Below are positions 14,201 to 29,200 of a DNA stretch of 52,158 nucleotides, one piece after another (the first letter of the stretch is position 1; each line of letters opens with the position of its first letter). Origin of the DNA: Sphaeroforma arctica JP610 (Eukaryota); assembly GCF_001186125.1 (NCBI RefSeq), contig NW_014040425.1, positions 44,154 to 96,311 on the forward strand, written 5' to 3'. The translations under genes were made by a program, and so were the position numbers. A model generated the notes under the pieces. That model was not told the origin of the DNA and did no database searches. It worked only from the letters and a program-made list of their open reading frames with translations.

Positions 14201-17200
14201 GTGATCCCACGCAGTCACTCTCATCGCCGATTACGAACGTGGCAGTTCTAGCCTCTGAAGCACAGGGACGTGCTCTGTGGAGCAGCAGTCAGGAAAGCTT
14301 GATGACTGGGCGCAGTGGCGATATTCAAGCCTGCAACACTTCTCCGCCGGAGGAGTGTCCTGTGGCGTTCGATCTGTCGCCAAAGGGCGTGATCGACGGG
14401 GGCCAGCTGGATGTGGGAGTCAGTGGGGAGAAAAATTTAGTCATGCGCAACACCCATCCTAGGAATGCTTTGTACTACTTGGTTATGATTATATCGGTCA
14501 GGGGTGTGAGCACCAAGTTGACTGGCAGTGTAGCCGCGAATTTAAACTCTGCCACGAGCTCTCATTCGAGCACGCGCTCGCTACTAGCTGGAAACGAGGG
14601 TATTCAAGCAGGAGACCCGAAGGATTTGAAAACTGTTGATATCTCACCAGCATCGACCAGCTCAGCAAGTCGAATTCCGGAGGGGGATTTGGGCCACCAT
14701 AAAAATTTGGGTTTAGGTGCGGTGGCAGATACAAGTGGGACGTATACTTCTCTGAATGAGGGGGCTAGAGGCACCATACCCAACCCACAACAAACACTTG
14801 CGATTACGCCATCTGAAGGCCAGGTATGTGACACTGAAATTGTCAGAGTTTGCTGATAGCGATCACATCCCTACAGCTGCTTGCAAGTTTTGAAATTATG
14901 TTCCAACGATGGGTCTGTGCGTTAGTGATATGGCTGGGTACTATCTCACAACCCAATCAGTTGTCCTGATATATATGTACTTATTAGTGTTTCAATCGCT
15001 TGGAGTACTTTACGTCGACTGATTCTTTTGTCACTCGCCTACACTGAGCTATGATCTTGTAACCAAACGCCTTCGAGAGTTGTGTTTAGTGCAACGAGTG
15101 CAGCATTGATGTGTGTATCAATACCATGTTAGACTGCTCTATCACCCTAACTACTCCAAAATCGATGGACTCGATGCAAGCTTTCGACAGGCCATTTCAG
15201 CACAGCCTTTCTCTTGAAGATGACATGAGGGTATAGATTGGATCTTTTTTTTGTTGCTCAACTTTTACATATCTTTTTTATGGCCTTCTCTAACCAACAC
15301 CTTCTCTTTGTTCTGTCTCTACGGATGTTTATTCCGCTGTCCAATGTAGCCACTCCATTTCCAGCCACACCCTCTTTTTGGGTTTAGTATAGTTTATCGG
15401 CGTCATTTAGATTTAGAATTCACGCAGACCCACTTCCGCCTATCGCACACTCCATGTGGAGCCCTCCTTGACTGGTATTCTTAGTGTTCTATCCGTTGTG
15501 ACTCGTCTCATGAAAACAGTTACTATTCTTCTGCTTAAAAACATTTGCATTAATATATGGCACACTTAGAGATTAAATAGCCACCTTGCATGCCTCCATC
15601 CTTCAAGAAGCGATGCTCGCGAGATCTATCGTATCGCTCCACTCCACATTGATATTTGTGGTGACTTATCCTTTCTCACACTCTTGACCAGCTTGAGCCA
15701 GGTGAAAGTGCGAACATCACCATCAGACTCGACGACAGCCGACTTCCTGGCAAGCATGTGTATCAGTTGCTTGTGCAGGCATGGGCTCAGTCCTCTAAAA
15801 TGGAACTAGTGTCGTCCAGCTCGGATGTAATGCAACCAGCAGCATGTGAAGAAGCGGTGGTACTACAAATTGTCCGCAAGGCACCACAATATATCATGTT
15901 TGCTGGCATTGGAGCGGACTCAGTGGTGAGTGAGAGAGTGTGTTTTGGAATTCATGCTTTGAATAGCTAGACCCTATACTCAAACGGAGCCACGTCTGCA
16001 ACTGCATTTCGAAGGAGCAGTTTTAACCTAAGAAGCCGTTATCTATACTCACACTCGTCGTTAAATTAATCCTTATTTTTACAGCCCACTCGAACTGGGC
16101 TTGAGTCCGGCCCTACCCAAGTCGTAGATCTATCTCCGCCGGAGAATCTGCTGAAATTGCCGCCTTTTTTTGTTTCGCCGTATCAGCGCTACTCCCTGGT
16201 CCATCCCATTACGGTTACGTCAATATATGATGAGCCCCTTTGGCTGTCGTGCTCCTCAAATTTAGCCCAGCAGGTATGTGCGTGTGTGTTTTGGAGGGAG
16301 AATTGTAGGGAGGGGGATAGTTACATTGTAGCACTAAACGAGGTCAAGGTGGCCCACTCTTGCATGCACAATGGCTTCAGCTATCCTCAGAGACACCTTT
16401 GACTTCCCCTGGCCATCAGATTGCGCTTTCTCCCATTCTTGAAGTGTATTGTATATTCCTAAACCCTCTGGGAAATTTATACGTTCTTTATATCAGGTCT
16501 GGATATTCGCGAACGAGTCCTTGACCACGGCAGCGGACTGTGTCTCACTACCGGCAATGAAGGTGTGTATAGGCTATTGATGACTCAATTCCGTGTGACT
16601 CTTTTAGAGCTCGTAGACTCCTTATCACTGCCAAAATAAATGGTACGTGCTGCTATTGGAGGTTAAATTTGAAATAAAAGTAGAAAGTACCGGTGCATGA
16701 TGCTCATTACAATATACGGTTTGCGTAGTAGAAATGCTCAATGGACTCTCTACGGGCTCGTCGTCTTACTGTGATGCCATTACTTTGCTGATTTGTGCAT
16801 TCGTAAAAATACTACGTATATTACCCCAATTGACCCTGGATATATTTATTTCTCTCAACCCGATCTTCCATTCGCTTAATTGTACTTTTGTCCTCTTCCA
16901 GTCTGTGACTGTCTACCTGGGGCTGTCACCGAATGTTCGCTTGGAGTCTCTGGAAGGGGGTGAGTGTAGGGAGCTGGTCGGCGGAGTAAGGTTCAGCATA
17001 TACGGGTATGCGCCATACATTGAATAGACGAATATTCAAAGGTCTTTTCAAGTGTTGTTCACAGTCTGAAATTGCACTAGTATATTTAAAATCCCGCGAA
17101 CCAGTCGATGATCGGTGTCTTCCGTGTGCATTGGCAACATTTCGGAGGCAAGAATGCTAAAACAATACAATTATTCTTTGTTTGAGTATATCGTGGATTG

Positions 17201-20200
17201 AGTCGATTTTAACCGTGGTGATATGGCGAATATCCAGTATCACTTCAAAACAGGGCACCCCACGCGGATTTCACACTATAAGACTACATTCATATGTGCC
17301 TAACAATTATGTCTCGCTCGCATTTTCACAGGCAACGCGATGAAGGCCTGCTCTTGTCAACCTTACAGGCTGGCGAGGGCTGTAAGGAGGGTCTGGCGGA
17401 CAACCATCTACTCGGCACCGAAACTTTGAAAATAAGGTACGTGCGCGAATCGTAGTGTTTTCGTTTGTTTCTATGTCTCATGTCACACGAAGCTTAATAC
17501 GATACAAGAGATATGTATCAGTACGAATGTCGTTTCGTTGATTTTGGTCGTTCATCTCAGTCTGTGTTCCAATCTTGACTGTATTTGAAATCAGCATACG
17601 CCTACTATTTGGGGGGAAAGTATACGAGTGGTACTTACACCCGAGCATACCCTGCATGTTGTCCAGTGCAAAGTTTGGCATGTCGATCATGTCCGTGGAT
17701 CCGAGGTATGTGAAGATGGGAGCCACCCGCAACATCGGCGAGGCCGCAACATCCTCGATCACCATCTACAATCACAACCGCGAGATGCCTGCATCCTATG
17801 CTATCCTCGCACCCGCCGGACTAAAGTGTGTGCCCAACTACGGAACACTGGCGCCCAGAGGGGATGGAGAAGGGTCCAGGGTGACCGTCTCTGTGACGGC
17901 TGATGAGGTGGGTCGTTCGAAATATTTCCCACGTTTTTGTATTTGGTAGAGGGTATGATGGCAAACAGCATCGTGCTGTGCAAGTCAGTTACAGGATTGA
18001 TTTACACTGCATGTTAGTCAGAGTTGGGAACGCTACTAGCTTTCGTTGATATACTATGGACATAAATAACTCAGTTGGTGCATGGGGACTCCCTAGCGTA
18101 TATGTGCTAGGCTTCTACATCTCGCTGCGGCATATCTAACTTTATTTTTGCACGCCTCATAGGTTTTCATTGGCTTGTTTGAGCGCAATCTAGCGATTCT
18201 GAACCGCAACAATCCGCGACAAACCTTGCGAGTGACTGTGCGGCGCTTCGTTGATGAGGGGTGCCTGACCATTGACTTACCGTTTCTGCGCGGAGACACT
18301 ATCGCCCGGTTGAATCTCCACAATATTTACCTTCGGTCCAATAATTTGGGGGAGAATTGTACGAGAACCGATGATGAAGCCCACGGCGATCCAAAATTCG
18401 TAGAGATGAAGAGTCATTCTCCAGATTCAGGTTCCAAATTGCCCCGCGGTGTGACCGACCTGCAAACTCAATCACAAACACCACCAGATCATGCGCAAGC
18501 TCAAACTCAAAATAATGTGGACAAGTATGGGAATATGCATGCAGATTCTCTACATAGGAGCGAGTGGGTGGTAGGCAAACAAGTCGTATTGGCGCATAAA
18601 GTTGGTGACCTGATTTTCCATACCGACAGTACGTGTACGTTCTCGCTAACGAACATAACGGACAAACCATTATGCTTGAAAGCTAAGTGTAACTTGGACT
18701 TAAAGCTCAGCTGGGGAGCAGTGAAAAGTAAGTTTATTCCCTGGCCGTGTTATTGTACCCACTATTTTACACAACAACAACAACACGCCTTCGATGTAAT
18801 TTTACCTGTTGTACCGGTATTAAAACGATACAATGCGATGGTAGTGATATTGGATCTCTTTTTCAACGCAGATCTGGAGATTGGGAAGCTAGGGAATCTC
18901 ACGCCGAGCACGATAGCTCCAGAATACCGCAAAGCCCACGCAGTGCCCAGACAAGACGCTGTAGACTCGAAAGGTTCAGGTGAACGTTCTCTCTCCGATC
19001 CCGAATTGAGCGCTGTCAAGTGGGAGGTGTGTTGAGCCGACTTGTGATTTCAATACTGCGTCTTTAGTTCATCTATATATGCTACGTCTTCAGTTTATAT
19101 ATTTATGTATGCTAGTAGTCGTTCTTTCAAGTGGGTAGCTACATGTTGAGTGAGACTATGAGTCGGCTTTTCTCGTACTTACTTTGGCTTTTACTATGTG
19201 GGAGTTTGAGCTGGGCTCAGAGCCTTCCCTTGGAACACTGGCCTTCGCGCTGATATTGACAGGCTTCGACTGTACTTATGGAGGCCTTGGTTGGTGCACG
19301 CATGTATCATTTTTAATGTTTAGTAGAGGTTGAGCACGATGCAATATTTAGTTCAACCCGATCCATGTACAGTCACACACAGTGGCTAAATGACAATCTC
19401 AACCGCGATCATTAAACATCTCCGTCAATTCTCATTCGCTCGTGCAGTTCTGCAGCAAATGGCAGTACATTCCGCCGCATACCCGGGTCGAAGTGTCGGT
19501 GACGCTCCCCGCACCAATACGATTGGGTCCCAAAAAGTCACGACGTCTCAGAGAAGGTCGACGAATGCTGCAATACGGTTGCATACTCTTCGAAAACCTT
19601 AAGGTGAGTTAAAAAGTGGATGGAATAGTAGAATCTTACTCGGACCAGAGGAACGCCCATCGGGTGTATTGTCCACTTGTAACTGTTTGTTAACGGTGTG
19701 TCAGTACGTGCGCAAGGTTATTACACACTAGCAAGTTTCGCATCATGTACAATGTTCAATATCCACGCCCAAGCTTAGTTCGATACAACCCTTTATAAAG
19801 ACCATCGTCCCTTCTCCACACTTCGATATAGACCATCCCGGACGGCCTCGCTGACAGAGTTCGCGAACTAAATGGTGAGTGCTCGTCCTCACGGCCACTG
19901 TCGCCACGATACACACGCGAGGATCTGATGATGAGTGAGATGAGCGACGCAGGCTCATTTACCATCAACGACGCCGACGGTCTGAGTGATGAGTCATCCG
20001 CTGGCGCACAGTTCGGTATCAGTACTTTGAATAGGGCCAACTACGGTATACTTGCTCCTCTGCAGTCACCCGTCCTGCCAGTATCACCACCGCAGGCTTC
20101 ACCCAATGTGGCCCAAGACGAGCAGCACTCGTGGTTGGGTGTGTGCCGTATACATGATAGACTTTTACTGTAGTTTTTGTTCTGACGTTTTGTCTGATGC

Positions 20201-23200
20201 AATGTCCATCGGTGATACCTTTGGTGTAGGTTGTCTGTACAGTTGCTTCATGCTTGTTCTGTCCTCACTTAGTCTTGGGTGTGTATATTGTATATTACTG
20301 TTTGCTCAGCCTGGTTACGCGCTTGATCTGGAGTATTGAATGCGATACACCTCTTGCCTTTTTTTAAAGCTACCTGTGTATCTTAATTATTCAACCGTAC
20401 TTCTTATTGTAATGCATGAAAGTATGCTTACGTGCCGTAATTTAGCTTGTTCCGTTAATATATCGCAATACCTGGCTATCTTTCTCCCTACAACAGCTGT
20501 TGTCTGATCTTCCGCTTTATCCATGCATCTTACAGGCTTAAACGGGCTAGACCTGAGCACATATTCGTGCACCATCGTCGATCTGCAATGCCACTACGGC
20601 TTGTCTTTTGGCCTGGTGTCGCCTTCCGCTCTGCCAATGGGGAAAGTGGGCCATGTGAGCCAATGGAACTGTGTAAGGGAGACTATCTATGTGCGCAACA
20701 CAGCTGAGCTACCGCTGGTCTTCAGTCTAGCCACCGACCTACCCAGCGGTGTGACTGTGTACGCGCGGGAGGTCACACAGATCCACAGCGCTGAGGATTC
20801 GCAAAAGGTGTGACTCTAGATGTGATTCCCAAACAATAGTTAGTGCGCGTTAAGGTGGAGGATAGTGTCCAGCTCACTTGATTGATTTTTTTGTTTTTCT
20901 CGGAATACAGTTCTGGCATTGCATCCTCTTTTAGTATTTCCAATAATGATCTCCTTCTGCACTTATGTTTGAGCTGCGCCGAAGTCGTGCTTAAACGTGG
21001 CGTTCTTTTGGATTGCGTATGTGACGACAGCAAGTATTCTGTTAAGTTATTTCATATTCTGAATGCGCTCCGGCACAGTGGCCGTGTACATAGCGCATCT
21101 TTACTGTCTGTATTCTTAAGTCTTACATGGTCTTTAACTGCTTCTTTGTGTGTATGCTAATACTCTGGACGCCATGCACGCCATGCACAACCACAGCCGG
21201 TTACGCTAGCTGGGGTATTAGAAGCTGAGCAAATTGAACTGGAAACCGGTGCGGTGATGGGTGCAGGAACACCAAGTGTGGATACACAGGGCACTTCTAG
21301 TCCGGACCTAGTACCTCTGCTTATTGGAGAGCTCATGAGTCTTGCCAAAGACGAACAGCGGGCCTTCACCGTTGAAATCACTCCATCTGACCTCAAGGAT
21401 GGTCTCGCCGAGTCTGGGCTGCACACACTATACATTGCTTTCCAGAACGCGAACACGTGGCAAAAAGAGTACCAGACGAATACAGAAAACGTCAACGACA
21501 GCCCCGTGCACGTGCAAGGAGACCATGCTGCCATCGCGGATCGAACCAAAGTGCAACAGGTATATCATACTCTTACCTCTATATAGAGCTATCAATGGCT
21601 TCACATGTTCCTGTTCGATGCTCGCATGATATGTATGTGCTCCCATTCTCATTCAGAGATTGTTTCTTATACTGCGCGCCCGACTTCTTTCCTCATTGCA
21701 GAGCGCGATAGGATCTCTCAAAGACCCCGACAGTGAAACCAGCCGGCCCACGCGATCGGACACCAAAGTCTCAGCTGATGTGAGACAGGGGTGAGTGCGT
21801 ATATACAGTGTGGTAGTAAAAAAAAATTGATGCCCTTATCAATCTGATGGCAATCTTGGCTTCTGCACTTCTGTGTAGATCCATCGCAAACATACTTCTT
21901 TCTTTGTGTACGATATCTGGTGGGTGCCTGGGCATGTTTAGTTGCTTCATGCTCATTGTCAACTAAACTCGCGTTCAATCGCCAATCACAGCTACGCAAA
22001 AGTGCCCGCAGCGGATCACGCCAGGCCCCGCCCACACGCTTCAGGAGAGACACACGCTCACGCCCGGTCTAGACTTCATCCCCACCATGACGACGACGAT
22101 ACCAGTGACGATCCGATGGTGTGCTGCGTTCAGTATGAGATGACACGTTTCGAGCTAGAGTTTGACCGGCTGGCGGCTAACCATGAGCTGCACTTGCCGG
22201 CGTTGAGCTACCCCATGACGATAGTGTCGAGCGTGTGCGAGGATTGGTTCTCGGTTGTGAACCGATACGGAACCGCCGACACCCCCGCGCGGCTCACTAG
22301 TGAGATACAGGTGGCCGCGCCATTGCAAGGGATCATCAGCATTGATACCTGCTCGAGAGAGTCCAATAACCCCATTGCCGAGCACAAGCTTGCACTCGTA
22401 TGTTTCGTGCGCATCAGTGTGGGTTCTAGGTTTTTGTGGTCGGTTGTGGCCTTGTCTGCGGTATATCATGTGAAGACGTTATGTTAGCTGCTCAAAATAG
22501 AGTTGTATTGGCCTGCCATCCGCCATATAGCTATCACTTCTTTTTTTCAATTATAAGTTCTTAGATCATGTCCACATTGCTTTCTATTATTCGTCCTTTT
22601 GCTTGTCACTGGTCCGTTCTTACTTTTCTACTGTCTCCTATATGCCTACTCTAATGCATGTCTGTACTATGTCTCACGCCTCTGCTGGTTGCTGATATCA
22701 ACTTTTTTTTTTAAATAACTCTTTAAATGACCATAAGCTCGGCAATGTGCCTTCCACTCATTTGTGGTTACTGCAATTCACTCGCAGGGCGACCGTCTTG
22801 GTATCCGAGTACGCATCACGATGAACAAGGACTCCACACTTCCAGCGAATGTCATTCAAATTCTCCCCAAGACAGCAGATGGCTATCAAATCGGCACAAT
22901 TGGCTTCCGAACGGACGCTGAGGGGGCTGTTGTGTCTTCATCGCCACTCTCTGTCTTCCATGTTGCCTTGATTGGTATGTTTCTGATAATACTTTCCGTG
23001 GCGGATATTATACTGTGCTCATTGCGACTGTGGTGGTTGTGTGGGTGGGTGTGGACGTCAGTTGTTATATATCATGCTAGGATTTTTGCTTATGCGAGCC
23101 GAACTTGATGATTCTTTGAAGTTTTTGTGCTGTATGATCAACGGTATAGTAATCTAGCTAGCGCGCTCATACTCCTTATTTTTATGAGGATTTGCAACAA

Positions 23201-26200
23201 CTTCACTTCTCTAATCTAATTTCTGGCAAGTAATGGGTGTAGATTTTAATACCGGGCCTCAACAAAAAAAAATGTTTGTGAGTCGAGAGATACAATTAAC
23301 AAGTCAAGTAACATGTCGGAGATCAGGTAGTCTAATGATCGCTCACATGGTCGGTTTTGCCATTGTGCCTATCACAGGCACATTCCAAAGAGAAAGAGCA
23401 TTCGATATAGAGCCCTATCACCTAGAAATCAGCACCCACTTGGAGGAGAGCGATGAAGACGACGACAGCCAGGGCGATGACGATGGTGCAACCGATAGCG
23501 AGAGTGATGTAGACATGCACACGCGACGCATCAAGGCGGACACGCAGGCCTCTGCCGTGTGCACGTGCAGTGCGGTGTGTATGTGCGAGAAAGATTCGCG
23601 CGAGATGAGTAGTGAGCAGAAGTCTATAAGTGGGAGTCGGGGTGGTCGTGTGGGTAGGCGCAAACCACGGGACAGAACTGTATCCACATCTTCGATGAAT
23701 TCGCTGACCTCCTCGTCGCCAGTTGTGGACTTTCAAAGCTCGATGTTAAAAGGTGGGGCCCTGACTTCCAATCGTCTAGATAGCTTCTCTGCAGCTTTAG
23801 TGACTTTGCTTGTGTGTTCGCATATGTCTGCTACCTTAGTATTGATTGAGACCATCGTCAGTATAGTGTGAGCATGACGGTTGAAATTACCCATATAAAG
23901 TGTGATATTGTCAAAACTCTGAAATCAATCAGGGAGTATAACTCGTTGCGTTGATCTTTTCAGTATGCCTTAATCGGCTTTTCATTCCCTTCGATTATCT
24001 CTGAAGATAAACAAGGTCAAACCTGTTTTCACAGACACGTATTGGTTGCCGATCAATGATCAATATAAATTCACACATACTGATTGATGTAAAAAGTAAC
24101 GTCTGGCCATGCCTTTAAAAGAACTGACAGAAACACTCTTCACACTTGTCCTGGCAGCACAAGCAGCGTTCGAAGCACCTCCCCGAGCCATGGCAACCTT
24201 TGTGCTGACCAACCGATGCGTGGAACGCATGTTGAGATACAACATCACCCCCATATGCGATGGTTGGATAGACTTTACTGACGAAGGTTGTGTGCGCATG
24301 CTTGAGATAGAGCCTGCTCTCGGGGAAGTGCCTCCGAACGAGTCCGTGACCATACGTGTGACACTCGCATGTGATCATGCGGCGCATATAGCCAATGTCA
24401 GCTCAATCAAACTGTGCATACGAGACCATGACGGTGATGGCGAGGGCAGTGAAGTACAGGAGGTGAGTGTCACATTTCTGAGCATTGAATTCAGGCGTAT
24501 TCTCATCTACGCTCTCATCTACGCGTTTTGACAGTTGCGCGAATTGCGAGTCTGTCGGCAACGAGATTTATTAAGCGTTGTACTCCCATGATTAGTCGCA
24601 TATTCACATTGCATTCAAATGCTGCTGTACAACAGGTTCCCATCAAGCTTGTGACGGTTAGCGGTGCATCCCGGCCTACGCACATCGCTCAGCCCATCGT
24701 GTCCAAGAGTGAGTCAGAAGTCATGAACATAAAGAATCAAATGTCTGTTGTGTCCACGACGGACAGGGCCCTGCGCGATGGTATGTCTGCATTTGTTTGC
24801 GCTTGAGGATCGGCCTGGTCTATCAACATCTTATAGTATACAGTCGAGGATAAAAAGATGTTGTCAATTCCCAGTTTGTATACACCCGCCTCCTTCTCCT
24901 CCGTGTTTTTCCTTGTATACGCTGGGTATCATTCGGCAATATCGGTCGCAATTAACACCACAGGTTCGCTTTCTGTACACATTTGTATTTTCATACAGGT
25001 ATTACGTCGTCTGGCTCTACAACTGGCGTTCGTTTGAAGAAGCGACGGCTTCTGCTGCATTGCCGTGGGTCCGTAGTGGACTCCAAAGGGACCGATTGCT
25101 ATCGATACGACGCGGCGCTTGGCACTCGGGCGCTCGGCTCAGGTGAACTATTGGTTGACGTGTGCTGTTGCTTTCAGATCCGCACTGTTGCAAATTTGGC
25201 TTTATTTGGTCGAGTTAGAGCGTGTGATATATGTGCATCAATGTACAAGCCGCAGCTGTGCGTGCATTTCTTCTTAAAATTGGTGCGAAAAATATCCCTT
25301 CGCTTGGATTTTAGCATTCACATTTTGTATTTTTGTTCGGTTTTATATACCAGGTGTGATCACGTGGCAGTTCTCGTTGGAGAATACTCAGACCCGGAGC
25401 CAGTCCTTTCGGCTTCATGCTTTGGTGGATTCGGACCGCAACTGGTTGTCGCTGGGAGCGTCGGATGGCCAGGTATGCATCAATGCTGTACACTGTGCGC
25501 TTTAATAGCTTGTTGCCATCGGTCTAGAAATATATATGTATCTGCGATATTCACTTGTTAATTCCCCTCCAGCAAATTATGGCTGCCAGCCTTTGCACGT
25601 CTCCGGCACCAGCTATTACTTACATTCTCACCCATACCTATACTCCATCACGCATTTCTCAGGTAGCGCCACTCGAAACGCGTGTGGTGACTTTGTCGCT
25701 GTCCACAGGCACTCTCGGGTGGTGCAGTGCATACGTAGTGGTAGAGAATGTTCATCATCCGGACGAGTTCTTCATCGTCCGTCTGCGCATGGATGTGGTG
25801 GTGTCACCCGACCGCTTCGGGCGGAACGGACCAATCGATAGACTGTCGAGGCAGTTGCAGCCCAGCAGCCAGGCCCAGTCACATTCACAGATCCATTTAC
25901 ACGAGGCTGGTAAAACGGCGGTGTCTATGAACGGACAGGGTGAAGGGGTGGGGTCTGAAGGGAATACCGGAGATGAGAGTACCACACTATTGACAGCTGT
26001 GGTGGATGCACACTCCGGCGAAAGTGCGTTGTCTACAAGCCGCATGAGCGGCATGGATCATACGATAGAGTCACAGACCCTGAGCGCTAAGAACGATTAC
26101 CTAGACGCGGAGGATTTCTTCTCTGTCATCACTACACCCACGGGCACAGGCACCAGCACAGCTACGCCGGTCTTGCCCGGCGAGACTGCCGCTTTAAGCG

Positions 26201-29200
26201 GCACGAACAACACTCGACAGGTGTGGTTGCATTTATATTGTGCTATAATATTTTATTTTTACTAGACGTGATAATTGTTTTTGTTGCGTTTGGAGGTGTG
26301 TTTGGTGTATAAATTTCGTAAATTCAGCGTGTAGTTAGCCTTACTTTATAGATTCTGTTTTTTTTGTTTTTTTATCAAGTGTTTGCGGTTGTATTTCGAT
26401 TATTGAACCGTGGTTTCGATTATATGTTTGACAATGCGTGTTTGTGGTGATGATTAGGTCTCTCACTACACATATATGTAAATTTGCTGCGTATTCGTGC
26501 CGGTACAGCTAGTTGTGGCTGTGAACGTGCGCGCATGAAATCATATATTAAAAGCCGCATCCAGATAGGCGGGCGCGGAAGTCTCACAAATTACATATGT
26601 TTTGAACACAGAAAAGCTTAAAAAATAATGTTTCAATTTTCTATTGGACAGATGCTGGATATCGGCCCTGTGTACGCTGGCCACACTCATACTGAGTGGT
26701 CGTTTGTGATCAGCAATAACTCAGCGGTGGGCGCGAAATTTGTTTTGACTCAAAGTGCCGTTGACATGGGCGGTGGAGTGGACAGTAGCACGGCCAAACC
26801 TACTGACACTTCAGGTGAGAATACTTGCTCATCTACGTCTTGCTAGAGATGCATTTGAACCCCATTGATGACGCATAATTGAATGACTAGTAAACAGTAC
26901 ATTGAAATCAACACTGTTAGATGCTAAACGTCGCTTGTAGACTCTCACGCCCTTTACCTTTGCCGTTATGATACTTAGACCCTGGTTCGAAGTGCTCCGG
27001 CGATCTCGCGATCGATACTGACCACTATAGCGACTGCGATGTGGTATTCAGTCTGTCCCGGGAGTCGCCTGTGTTGTGCAATACACTGGTATGTAACCTA
27101 GATGTCGCTTTATTCTGGGAAGCGCGTTCGATTGTAATGTCACTTTGACAAAGGTTTTTTCATTCGCTATGGTTTTGTAGGCAGTTTTTTTTCCAACATA
27201 TTGTACATTTCTAGCGTAATCGTGTTCCAATTTGGCCCATCCCCCGGCATTCCCCCTTGTCTTACTTGTGTCGGAAAGTCCACTGCACGATTTATTACGA
27301 ATGTAAATAGTCATTGCCAAGGATGTGTGCTGAGCTTAGTAGTCAATGAGTACAACAGCTTTGCGAGACACTACTCGAACCTGATTTCGTTTATTGCCTC
27401 AACTTTAGCTTTTGAATGTTGCTAGTATAGTCTATATGACCCTTTCACTCCAGCGTCATAATATTAAACCCAGACTCACGTACATGTTCCCATTACAACT
27501 CCTCATATCCTCCAGTATATTCCCAGCAAAGAAGATCTCCGCGTGTATGTGTATTTTACACCTACCCTATCAGCTGCAGACACGTGGCGCCTATGTGCAG
27601 CATCAGCTAGCCACGCTGGGGAGCCTGGTGAAGCTAGACCAAGTGTCCGCATGTCGTGTACCATTAACATCAGTTGCCGTCTCATCAAACACTTTCAGCG
27701 AAGTATCCACGTGTCGGCCGATATCAGGTAGTGCTACGCTCGAAACTTTTATACAAGCACGTACAGCTAGCCTGTTTAATGTGTGTTGCGCTTACTTCTA
27801 TATTTAGAGGTGATAGCAGTCGCTGTTACTATATGCCCTTTTTGAAATTATTCAATACACGGCAACACCAAATCTCAAGCGCTCTACCTAGGCAGCCTGA
27901 CCTGGAATTGACGCCTTAAGGAGCATTATCCCATCATTACAATTATGCATACTTTCATTGAGAGCAAAATAATGAGCGACGTTACTTCCGTTCACCTATA
28001 CAGAATGCCGAGTCTAAATGTGAGTGATTCCATAGTGCTTTTCCGCGGCAAGGCCAGCCGCTCGACAAGCGTGGAGAGCACCAAACCGATTGCCATCTAT
28101 CCACAGTCACAATCTGTTTATATATCGTCAACGCTACCGCCCGCACTCTTCGCACAGCAGCGACCCATGGAGCTCTACATTCGGTGTTCCGAACCCTACT
28201 TCGATGTGGAATTCAAGGAAACCAGCAGCTCGATTGCTGTGCTGTGCGCAGGAAACCCACAGACAGGTGAGGGGATAAACCTCGGGTCGAGTGTACGAGT
28301 AATGGGGTATTGGGTTAAAATAGACGTCAAATTCAAGTTTACTTTGTAGTATGCTCGTGAAAGTTTGCCAAGTACATTTTGTGACAATCTTGTATGATCT
28401 CAGTGGGCTTATGCGTACGGGATATTTCTCCTCATGCTTTTAATTATCTCGCCTTACAAAGAAATATATGGGGGGGCAGATAGTGGACAACTACCAGCAT
28501 CGCATTCGCAGCTGACTGTGGTTATCAAACCAAGGCTCGATACCATCGCGGAGGCGAGTACAATGATGTGGAAGGAACGCTACATGTCCTTCCATTTTGT
28601 GGTGTGCATGCGCAATAACTTGGACGAGATGCACTTTGTGCGAGTTCAATTAGGGCTCTCGGCATTGGCTAGCAGTCCGTATAGTGTGTTGACTAATGGA
28701 CGCCGGGCACATCGCGACCTGTTCCTGATGTCTACCGATCTAGTGCGAAGATACCGACTTTTGTTAGCACGTAAGCATGCTCTGAAGTTAGCAAATCCGT
28801 CGGTAAGTCGTCTGAGGGTGACTTTCGATTATATACGTGGTTTTGTATTGTGGTTCTCTGTTTCTCATAGTTGGTATGCTACAGCTCAGCTTGAAAACGC
28901 GAGTTCCAATGGTGCTGTCCGCAAATTATCTCAAGCTAAATCGATTGTTTAAGAGTAATCACAATCATCCCATACTGAGCGATTACTCGCGTCCTCTCGC
29001 CTTTACTCCCGTGCCCTGCGTTATGTTTCCATCTCATGTATTGATGCTGCGCTGTCCTGCCTATTCTGCGCGTCACAGACTGTCACGGCCGTCGTATTTG
29101 CTCAAAGTGACAACAAAGTCGTCCGTACACAATCTCGCATCCAAGCACAGTCACACTCGCACTCAGCTACGAACTTGTACTCTCAGGAGGAAGATAAAGA

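Noticed and set aside
26860..26960. TGATGA box C-like motifs here and in other introns
   Set aside because: No convincing box D, terminal stem or rRNA guide could be identified.
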